64,000 bases of DNA, taken from NCBI GenBank assembly GCA_964106915.2, contig OZ066919.1; one strand, given 5' to 3'. This document shows, in pieces, positions 27,754-39,700 of this stretch. Every line of letters starts with the position of its first letter. Position 1 is the stretch's first letter. The notes beneath the pieces are model-generated. The model was not told the origin of the DNA, ran no database searches, and saw nothing but the letters and a program-made list of their open reading frames with translations. The stretch is from Podarcis gaigeae (Eukaryota). The position numbers and the translations under genes were made by a program.

Positions 27754-30700
27754 CAAAATGCAGGTACTCATGTTTTCCTTAGTGAAGGTTAAAGCAACTG
27801 GAGTGGGAACTTTTCAGTGGGAGAATAGTTTGAAGGGAGAAGGATTATGAAGCTGGTCTTCCATCTTAAATTGCAACCTTACTGCTGCCTTGTATAAATG
27901 GCCGGGGGGGGGGGGGGGGCTTAACAAGGAATTTAAACATTCACCCTGTTGGCTGTTTTTCGATTTGCATCACCTTGTACTCGTTAAATGCTGTGTGTCT
28001 CATACAGCCTTCTTCAGCCTCAGGAACCTGTTTACCTTCAGTCAACTACTATTGGAAATAAGATGAATTACGAAAGACCAATTCATGTATAATTTTAGTC
28101 CTACAGTTCACTAGATGCTTTCATAAAATAAGTGAAAATTGAGATTGCCAAATATGGCTGTCAAAAATGCTGAAATCATCCTGGAAAATTGGAAGCCTAT
28201 AGACCTTGTTCTCAGATTTGCTTTCACAAAATTACCCTTCCTTATAATCCCAGATACATATTGGTTTGTCCATTCAGTGACTGCAATAAGTGATTATATT
28301 TCAGAAATAACCATAATGGAGCAAAAATTGTAGACTGTTTCATATCTTTTGATATCATGTGTTTTTCAAAGAAGGTAATTCACAATTTAGCTGCGGCTCA
28401 CTGAGAGCTGAACTATCCATTCAGTAATACAATTTATTTGTTTTTATTTATTTAAAGGGGGTTGGAGAGCGGGCCAAATCAGTCTGCCAAGCGCCAATGA
28501 TGAACTGATTGTCGGGTCTTGCAAAGCATTCTTGTATAGCTTTTTACAAGGTGCTTTGCAAGATCTGCTGATCAGATCATCATTGGGTCTTGTGAAGTCC
28601 TGTACACAGGGCTTTGTAGGTGCCACCAGTCAGCTGATCAGCAGTACCTGCAGACTCCCTTTCGGCTGAGGTCTTTGCCTGCCCCACACCTAATGTCATA
28701 TAGAACAGTGAACCACTTAAACTAAAGAAAAGACAATTTCTTGGGCTTAGACCTGGTGTTCTCAGATTTCACCACTCTGCTGTCGCCAGAGCCCACATAA
28801 ACTTGTTGAAAATTACCGAGGCCTACAAGTTGTAGAATAGTGGCCTATGGAAGTGGAGTTTGGCTGACATCACTTTTCTATTGATAGCTAAACCATCTTT
28901 GGAAATTGCTTAATTATTTACCATAGCATTTTCATTGTAGCAAGGAGTTCAATACCTCAGCTTCCCTCAAGCAAAATATAGACATTTGCTCTGGAAGTAT
29001 TGCAACTCATCTTCTCCACTTTAGGCAGAGTTTGTCAATCAACCCAGAGGCTTTAAGTCTGACTTTAAGTGGAGAAGGCTTTTCATTTTATATTTTTCCT
29101 TTCCCACTTCTAAATACCTCTCAGAGTATTTTTACTAATCTATTGTAATTTCTTCCTTTCTGCTGTCACACAAATCTATTCACCTTCCCTTGAACCGGCC
29201 AGTTTCGTTCTACCTTTCACCCTGGTTCTTTTTATCTTCACTTCCTTCCATAACAACTTTATTCTTTTGTCTCTATCCTTTCCATTATCAGTTGGTTTAT
29301 TTTTAATAATGAGTGTAAATATTAACCTTTTATCTCCCTTTCTAATTTCCTTCAGGACCTCCTCTGGCTGCTTCCCCACAGAGGAGTGAGACCTCCCTTC
29401 TCTCTTCCCCACCCTCCCCAAACTTCTCCATCTCCTGGTCACCATTATTTGGCATGCAAGGAGTTGCTAGGGTTGGCATTGGTTCAATCAAAAGACAATG
29501 GCATGGCTGGGGGGTGGGGCCAGCAAGTGAGAAGGCGCCGGGCAGGCTGTGACACTGAGGTTCTTCTGAAAATGACCCATGGCCATCTCTTGGGTCCCAG
29601 CCCCCTGTTTAAGAAAAACTGACTAGAGACTACAAAATCGCAGCACGATAGATTTTAAAGCAAAGCTATTAGAATGAATGAATAAAAATTGCAGAAACAC
29701 TATAAACCAAATTATATTTATTCTGGTGTATCAGTTAAGATCTACAGAAATTTATTTAATTGGTTCAGTTTTGGAAATCAGACATCATAAAAAAGATGTA
29801 TGAAAATTTTAGCCTGGCTCTCAGATACACTGATTACTAAGAAAAAATACGACAATAAGCCTTCAAATCAACAACAAAGCATTGCAAAGCATTCTCATCT
29901 CCTAAGGAATGGTCTTATTCAGGCTCTAACAAGCCTGGAACAAGAGTTTTGTGTTGCTGTTTGGAGTTCACAGGGGAAAGACAAGTGAAAAGGGTTACTT
30001 TATTTCTTCCTCACGTTTGTTGAAATCCTCTTTTGCTGTGCTTGGGTTTGGTGCTGGTTTCTAGCCCTGAACCTGAATCCTTTAATGGTGTACAGTGGGC
30101 AGAGGGGTTTCTAGAGTTTGGAAAAGGAAAAGGAAACTTAAGGTCTCCTTACACAAGCGTACATATTTCTTTATTAAAAAAAAACAGAATTACTTCTTAA
30201 ATACAAGTTTTCTGATATCCCAGATTTGTACAAAACAGCAATTTTTCAAAAAGTGTGTCACTCCCAAGTCATGTGACAATTTGGAGTCTCTGGCATGAAA
30301 GGCTGCTGTTCTTCCTCACATTTTCTTTCCCAACCTCCTGTGCCGGCAAAGGCAAATTTTATAATTTATTTTTAATGCAACTATTTTGTGCATGATTTCC
30401 CCTGTACAAAAGAGCTTTTTCAAAATATATATTTTTTAAAAAAATTACTGGGAACCAACATCCTTTCCTGTCGGCTGACAAAAGCAAAATAGGAGTAGGG
30501 GGAGTGGCAAAAGAGGGCATCACAGAAACATTGTGGAAACCTGCCCATGCAGTGGGCTCCCTGGCATTAGTGGCTTCCATAAATCACTGAGCATTCATAA
30601 GAATCAAGCTTATTCCATTGATTATTGTGATTGCTTCCAAGCTGACACTTTAGAGGTATACTTTAGAGTACTACTTCATTTGCATGGACAGGTGAAGCAC

Positions 30701-33700
30701 AGATGTTTCAGATGTACTTCCATAGCTATGCTCACTATGGGTGGAATTCAACATTGCACCAAGGGGAGTGTCCCATCAGTACTGTTCTGTGACCAACCCA
30801 GGGCCAATTTCAGGGGGTGCAGGGAGAGGAGATAGGGGACAGACAGCCCCATGGCACAAGCAGAAGCCCTCATACAGGCTTGCACTGATGGGACATGTTG
30901 GGTGAATACTGCCCAGTGCATTTTACTTTTTATATTGCTGTTTTTTTATATATATATAATCCTGAATAATTTATTCATGAAGATCATTTGCTGACTGATC
31001 TTTTTAATTACACTGTATATATTGCGGGTAGTTCTTTTGCAGTGTAAATTCAAAATAGGTATACATCCACTACAATATATTGGAGCAGCTCTTGATAGCA
31101 GATATTTTGATTGGTTCTTTGTGAAACTAAACCATAGCAAGCCAGATGTTTCTATCGTTCAGCAACTAACAGATGTGAAAAACTCTTTTTTTACCATTTT
31201 CTTTGACTATTTAAAACAGTATTCTCTCCAGAAATGTCTTACATTTTTAAGAAGCCTATTATATAGAGTAGAACCTCTTCTACCCAATTTATTACTTGCA
31301 GAAAAGAAATGCATATTTTATCATAAGTTTGTAGAAAACCTCTGGATAATACCCACTTCTGCATGAAATAAATTACTATAGCTTTGTATTAAAAACAGTG
31401 TCTCAGTTAGTATTGCATGGAACTTTTAATTTCAGAGTCGTGGGTTTGAGCCCCACATTGGGCAAAAGATTCCTGCAGTGCAAGGAGTTGGACAAGGTGA
31501 CCTTCATGGTCCCTTCCAACTCTACAATTCTATGATTCTGTGAAGATGAAAATATATCTTGTTTGGTTTTTTTGTCAATGTCTTTTTATGGTAATCATTT
31601 TATGTACAACTAGCACTCTATGTGCTTCTGTCTGACTCAGTGCATGCATAAAAAGCTACTTATTTCTTGGTATTGTTTGTTTGCTTAAAATGAGACCATG
31701 TGAAGTTAGTCATATATGTGCAGTACTTTCTCTTAATGAGCATGCGTGTTCATATCCTGTCACGTGGTTGTTATTTCCTCTACTCAGACTGCTGCTTATA
31801 AGCACAACACTGTTAACCTTGGCATGCTGCGCTCTGGAGGTTTGTCAGCCATGCATGCGGGCAGAAGCATGACATTAAACTTGCAGACTAAATCTAAATT
31901 TGAAAACCAAATGCATCAAGAGCTACCTCTACCGAAAGTAAGTATGAGATAGCCTGCATATATCAGACAAAACACAGTAATATTTTTTCATGCCCTCCTT
32001 CCTCTTCCTTTTTAGCATTTGCATTACTATTCATGCTTGTGTCCTATAAGCAATTCAAAAACCAAAGTTGCTAACACAACTTGCCGACTTTATATCTTTG
32101 CTTCTTCAAGTAATTGGCTCACCACGTGACAGTCATGCTGCTTTCTGCTCTTTTGTTGCAGACTAATGTAGTCAATTTTATGTGAACCAGAGAAATCTGA
32201 GGGCCATGTTTCATGTTGTAGTTGGTTAATGATGTTGATGGTGTCAGAATGGTGTAGATGTTTAATGTCAACCAAGTTTGGTCACAAACTATGTTATCAA
32301 TTAGAACGATCTCTTAGGAGCCAGGACCTACTGGTCATTTAGTTCAGTGGTCTAGTTAAAGACTGGATTATAATCAAAATAGCTCAAATGAAAATTTCAG
32401 AATGTATGTCCTGTTTACATCTTTTATTATATTAGCACATTTCTGTATGTAGACCATTGTGAAATCAGATATATGTTGTATGTAAATATGTTTTGTATTT
32501 TAAGCCTTTAAGGTGGGGACGTATCTTATTAACATTTTGAAAAATATTTGTGAATCAAGCTTGAATTCATCATGACCACAAACCATTAGGCCTGTTTATA
32601 GATTGTGTAGGTGAGATACATATGATGATGGAAAACCTAAGTGTATGAAAATTAATTATAAACTGTTCTTTTAAATGTTATTGAGAGAAGGGAATGAAAA
32701 AGTGGATCTAAATTGAAACAGTCTAGATTAAACATCAAGTAATAAGTCATAGTTGCCAGTCATCAATGCAGTCATGTTATCTGATGAAGATTAGACAGTG
32801 AAAACAGTAGCCAAGGAAAGGTGTAAGATTGCTTCCTTTGATTATACAGCTACCTAAGCATTGTGGGGGAAGGGATTAGTCATGGAAATTTTGGACATTT
32901 CAGGCAAATAAGCTTTGTTTCTAGTTTCTCGGGGTTCTATCAAATCCAGACCCAGATCTAATAGGATGAGTTTCCATTTGGGATGTTCAGTTGCTCAGCT
33001 TCCAAATAATATAGACATTTAAGCAGGCAATATTACTGCATGAGGGGGGACACTAATAGGCATTGTTTTTTATTATAAAAAGAATAAAATCAGGCTTGGG
33101 GTTGTGGCCTGCCCTTCCTTTCTTTGGCATAATTACTTCCAATATCACAAGGCACTCAAGGGGGCATACTATCCTCACAACAACCCTGTGAGGTAGACTA
33201 GATTGAGAGACTGTTAGTGGCCCAAGGTCACTCAGTGAGTTTCTGGGCTGAGCAGGGATTTGATCTCCCAGGTCCTTTTCCAGCACTCTAACCACTACAC
33301 CACGCTTTGTGCTATCTATGGGCGATTCTGAATGGTTAGCTTGGATTCTTTATGATTGTGTATGGAGGTCTTCAATTCTCTCTGGTGTTCTGAAATAGTT
33401 TACTATGAACATTCCTATCTGGACTGTTTTGCTCCTCCCTGTGAGCGCACAAAGAAAACAAACCATGGTCCCTGTCTTAGCATTACCTTTGAACCGGAGA
33501 TTGAGGTTTGTTTCGTTCAAACAACCACGATCAGTCAGCAAGCCAAGAACAAAACTTGGCTGTCAATTGTAGTTGGGAGCAAAACTCTTGCTTTTTAGGA
33601 TGTAACACTAAGCCTAGTGGATGTGTTTTGTATCTCCACAGTGTTAGCAGACATGAATAAAATTCCAGGAATGGTCTTGTGCACAGTAAGCCATGGTTTA

Positions 33701-36700
33701 TGGGTTACTATACCATGACATGTGAATGCACTCTTTGTGCAAATTGAAGGCCTCTTGTGCATTGAGGCTTCCTGCCCACTCCCCACTGCCAGTGTATGTG
33801 CTCAGCTCCAAAGCCTCTTAAAACTCAAGGACCTCTTGGTCTGGGGATCCAGTAGAGGCCACAGGTCCAGCAGTTGGAGGGAAGATTGAGGTCCCCTGGG
33901 CAGCAGCTGCAAGATAAACAAGAACATCAAATTGAATGTCTGCAGAATAGAACTATTTTTCCTTTTGTTAACTAAAAATGAGCATTTGTATTTAATTTCC
34001 ATAACTAATACGAACATTCACCAATAGCCTAATATTTTCTGTGATACTTTGAGAGGTTTAGTCTAACTGTTCCATTAACTGTAGCAGCCTATTAACCTTT
34101 TTAAAGCCAAATACTCTGGCTTATGGATCAGACTCTTTCTTGATTAAAAGAATCATAAGTGCTTTCCTGAGCTGGAGCTTTTAAAATGCATATTAATATG
34201 GAACAGAAAACATCGTTGTTAACTCTGACATTTAGAGCAATTTTCATACTAATTTCAATATCTGAGGTGGGATAAAAAATATGGTTCTTTGCCATGGGAT
34301 TTCCACTCTCATAGTACAATTGTCTATTAATAAGTTGACACTTTCTAGAAAGCAGAAGCATGAAGATTGTATTACTATGTACATTAGTACTATGTACATC
34401 TATCCTTCTGATAGATGTATTTAGTGTGTGTTTAAATTTATGGTGTTGCCAGTTTCTTAGTAAGCACTTTTTGTGTGCATCGAAATCTTATCCAAATACG
34501 TGATCAGTTATAAAAGATCATTGATGCTTTTCTATATCTTGATAAAATGCAATAATATGTACTGTGTGGATATTTCTCCATCAAAAATAAAACAAAAACA
34601 ATGTTTATTTTATCAAAAAGGCTAATTTGGGGCAAATGAACTGTTGATCGTCCCTCTCACTAAATAATCTCTTACCTAACATTTTAAAAATAGACCCCAT
34701 CACAACAGAGCAGCATTCTAGACAATGGTCAGGAAGATGTTTCTGCTGGCGGCCAATGGAATCCATATCCCCTTGGAAGGCGAGATGTGCCACCAGAAAC
34801 TGTTGCTAAAAAGGTAACAACTATCACACACAATGAATACTGTATATGTGTAAATACTGCCACTCTAATCTGGTTGTGATGTATGCCAGTGATCTCCTGT
34901 AGTAAAAAGACTGGGAATGAATGATGGATTTGTGAACTCGCTTCACTGCAAATTTTCCTACTGCCTTTAACCATGATTGTTACATTGGTACTAACATAAA
35001 CATGGTTCCCTCTTGACCGTGAAGTGAAACTAAAGCTTCAAGGTTAGTTAGGAAACCCAATGACTCTTGGCCAGACAAGGCCAAAGTTAAATGACTGGAA
35101 CAATTTAGCTTTGAGGGTGATGGGAGCTCACAGACATTCCCTAATCTTCTTATTACTATTAATTGACTGCCAGCATTGCATTTGTGCCATTGTTTCATCC
35201 ATTTTGATGTGTTTTAGCATCACTACCTTGTATGGATGGGTATGGATGGAAGGGCAGAAACAGGCTTACTTCACCTGTCAACATTTTCCTCCAATTTTTG
35301 TTTGAGAATATGCTGGTTTTTTAAAGGCATTTTTCCTAGACACCTCAGTATCCTTCCTCACTGATGCTGTATGCTAAATGATTACCCTACATGCCAGAAT
35401 CTGATTAATTCCCTGGCACTATCCATTGTTGCATTCTTTGCCAACAATTTGTATTGTGCTGTCAGTAGAACATTCCCAGCTTGAAATAATTAACTTTTTG
35501 TGAAGGATGGTAAAAGAATATATAAAATACAAATGAAATCATGGGAAACAGGCCTACACAATGGAGATTATTTCCCTAATCAGAATAAGTAATTTTGTTT
35601 TTCTACAAAAAAGATTTATTTTCAGTTCATCCATATACATTAGGAGCTGTGTTATGAATGCCTAAGCTGTGACAATATGAGGCTTTGCAAACAAAAAATC
35701 TATTAAAATGGATGAGAATTATTTACCTTTCACTCTCAGTTTTTGAGCATGCTGCTCTAGCAATACTGATTTTCTTTCATAGAATTTGACCTCAGGAGAT
35801 TCATGTCCGCTATAGTTGCTGATGGTTTAAACATTGTGAGTCATTTGAAACCAACTTCACAGTAATTTTTGGACTTTAACTACTGATGTTATTTATGACT
35901 ATAGATTGCTTTTATATGATTATTTTAATATTTTATTATTTGCCTCTGGTGTGTGTATTTTCCTTGATTATTTTATAAACCACCCAGGGATCTAAACAGA
36001 TGGTGGATGGTTTACAAATACAATTAATAATGATGATAATAATACCTTTTAAAATGTAAAATAGGAGAGGGCTCTTTGCTGACAGGGGAGGGCACTGGCA
36101 GCTGGTGATGTAGCACCTGAACTTTCCAATATAACAGAAATGAGCCAACCTCCAACAGACAACTAGGCCTAGAATTCAGACCTCCTCTTCCTATTCTGCT
36201 GAGATCCTCCTCCAGATCAGATTCATCTAGGGCAGGCATAGGCAAACCCGGCCCTCCAGATGTTTTTGGCCTACAACTCCCATCATCCCTAGCTAACAGG
36301 ATCAGTGGTCAGGGATGATGGGAGTTGTAGTCCCAAAACATCTGGGAGGGCTGAGTTTGCCTATGCCTGCTCTAGGGGTCCCAAGTTTTCATTCCTCAGC
36401 CCACTGCAACCTTACCCTAGGTCAGCTTCCTTGAGCTGAGCTTCTTCCACTCCTCCTCATCTGACCACCCTCTCCATGGGACTCACGACAGGCATGATCC
36501 AACAGAAGTTATGTGTGATCCAGACTATGCTTCCACAGGTAGAGGGGCAGGAGATGACTTTTACAAATTCAGCCTCTTCCTAGTACTTCCTCCCATGGGG
36601 TTCTTGAACATTCAGAGCCCTTAGGAACAATGTGGGTGGTAGCCTGGAGATAGCAGAGAGAAGGGAATCTGCAAAAGTCACCTCCCTGCTCTGCTGGCAA

Positions 36701-39700
36701 GATCCCCCCCCCCCCCCCGCATCTGAAGCCTTCCATGGATGGAAGGAGGATATTGTCACTCAGCTGAAGGTACTAATATAAATAACAAATACGTTTTTCC
36801 ACTTTTCTGTTTTACAAATGATTTTCTACGCCTTACAGTTCAAATATAGCTGAAGGAGTGACTTTCACTATGCTGCTCTGGGAAAAAAAGTCAGAGCTTC
36901 ATATGTTTATACTGAAGAGCTTTGGTGTGTGTGTGTGTGTGTGTGACTGTACAAGTTTCAAGAAAAGTGCTTTTTTCAGTTTTCTAAATTCCTGGCCTAA
37001 TGAGTTAATGTTACCCACAGGCAGGTAGCCATATCCAGACGCTGATGGGATCGCAGAGTCTACAACATCGAAGCCGAGAGCAGCCATATGAGAGCAACAT
37101 GAATAAAGTGACCATCCAGCAGTATCAGCCACCACTGCCGATCCAGATCCCTTCTCAGAGCACTCGGGCACCACAAGCAGGGAGATGTGTCATTCAAACT
37201 AAAGGGCAGAGGAGTATGGATGGTTATCCAGAACAGGTGAGCATGCAGCAGAATGGCATGAGGATGAGAGATGTGAATGGAATTGTGTGCAAGATGTCTC
37301 AATGAGGTAGGTTTATTTTTTAAGTCTGTGAAAAAGTTTTCCTATTTACCGTTATTTGAAATTGCTAAATAAAAAGGCATGTATGTGTAGATTATAAATT
37401 TCAGTTCTCATGCATATCTGTGAATTCAGTGATGAAGTCACTATGAGGGATTTTTATTGTAGTAGTAGTGAAATTGGTGTGCTCCAAATTGTAACTCACT
37501 ATAGGAAACCTTAATAATGTTGTAGAAACCTAGAAGGTGTCATCCCAATGTGTCCTAAGCATTTGCAAAACCAAACATTAGGACAACAAAAGTCAATCCC
37601 TTGTGACTTCAGTATGTAACGATAACCATATTTTAAAAGGCCACATGAGTCATCCCAATGAAGTTAAGCAATTTATTTGATTTGGCTGTTATTATGTTTG
37701 GATTCTAGTTATATTTATAGTTCCATAAAGACATATGGAAATGTGATGTTCTCTTTCTATAGCCTATGTAGAATTTCAATCCAAATAATATGGATTTGCC
37801 AAAGTTAGGTTTTAACTATATCTAACTACATTTTGATGGGGGGGGGGGTTGTTTGAAGATTTTCTAAAACATTTCTTCTGCAGTCTTACTATATCTTAGA
37901 ATTATCTTTAATGTATTATATTTCTAATTGTCATGAAACAAATATGATTGTATCAGCTTTTTTAAGTAAGAAAAGCAACTTAAATAGAATACATCATTGA
38001 TGATCGTATCACAGTTGATTCAAACATTTTACATTGTATCACACAGTACATCCACAAATAAACTTCTGAAATTAAAAAAAAATCATCCTAGAGTAGCCTC
38101 ATGGACATTTGTCAAAAAATAACAAATTTGTGACAATTAATTAAATGCATGCATTTAAACATCCCTTTGTGTCTTTTACATCTAGTTTTGTGTGAGGATA
38201 GAAAAGAATCCAGGCCTTGGATTTAGTATCAGTGGAGGAATAAGTGGACAAGGAAACCCATTCAAACCTTCTGACAAGGTAAGGTGGTAATTTCTTGCTT
38301 GAATTAGTGACCAGATAATGCAGTTTGAACATTTAGGGTAGTTAAAGTTCAGGTGTTCATGGCATCTGTTCCTTTGCTTGCAATTAAAATGTAATCAAGA
38401 TAAAGAGCTGAAAAAGACAGGTTGCCCTACTGTGTATTATGATCCCAAAACATCCTTTGGCTAGGGATACATGTCACTGAATGTCTGCAAAAACGTGTTG
38501 CCAGCAAATTCTGGGATTGTAGAGACTGGGGGCTGTCACTTTACACTTTTGCAACTACCCTGGTTAGTCAGTAAATGAGAATAGGGCCTTCAGAAAGGCA
38601 TTCAGCAAACGCTTATCCCACTTCTGCAGTGGTGATAAAAAATGCCTAGGGTCTCACATGCTGATCTGAACTACCGAAAGGCTGTCAGGTTTAGTAAGTG
38701 GGGATGCAGGAAGTGAAAAGTATGCTCTTCATTCTTAAAGACTCTTTTGTAAAAACAGTTGATGTTATGGAGGCAGATAGGCAAGATAAGGCCATAGACA
38801 AGATAAGGCAGGAGGTCGTGTTTTGTGGCAGAGATCCAAATCACTACAGGGAGAACATACATATGTGCAGTAGGGATTCAGAGGTCCTGCTTTCTGATCC
38901 ATAACACTGAAAATAAGAATGCACCATGACAAATATTTAATTCAACAATGAAGTGAAAAGTATGAGCAGTTCCCTTCCTGGCCTCAGTTCTCCTTTCCTT
39001 CTTTCTACCCTTCATTGAGATTGTGGCCTTAGACCAGCCTTCCCCAGCCTGGTGCCCTTCAAATGGTTGAGGCTACAATTCCCATCACCCTGACCATTGG
39101 CCATACTGCCTGCGGCTGATCCAAAACATTTGGAGGGCACCTGGTTGGGGAAAGCTGCCTTAGACAAAGCAAGGGGTGGGGCCAGCCCTCCTCTTCCAAA
39201 GTTAGTTTTATCTACTGTTCACCAAACTGGGAACTCTTCCATCTTCCCATACCAGAAGCATTGTTTTTTCTCCCTTCCTTCCCTCTCAAATCCAGCTTTT
39301 GGTTTAGAGGTGGGACAGGAAGTGTCAGTTTCCAACTTGTCACATCCTGTGGTTATAGAAACAGAACTCACAACAGGGTTATATAAACAGGAACTGGCTT
39401 GCTTCTCATTGTCTTCTACTAAGTGATCTGGGACAAAATAAACAACTGCAACCTGGAATGCAGTCAAGAAGGGCAAAACCTGTTTCACTCTCTTCACACT
39501 GGCAACATCAGGGCAGGTGTAGCTTACACATGATGGTACTTCTGATTACATACCTTTATGCTATCAAATTTAAGCAAATATTGTATCATCCATTCCCACC
39601 ATATTTGAGACTGAGTGACCTGCTCACCACTGATAGGGACCCTACAGGGGAAATATTCCTGAACCCCAAAGAAATTTGTAGTTATAGGAGAACCACAATA

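Noticed and set aside
31399-31463. tRNA-Lys gene
   Set aside because: Degenerate arms and a CR1-type tail; it is a SINE head.
32781-32805. Hammerhead-like CTGATGA...GAAA cores (also near 18983)
   Set aside because: No pairing stem II or flanking helices; likely chance.
2662-37848. Scattered G and C homopolymer runs as G-quadruplex regulators
   Set aside because: Isolated mononucleotide runs of unreliable length with no positional pattern.
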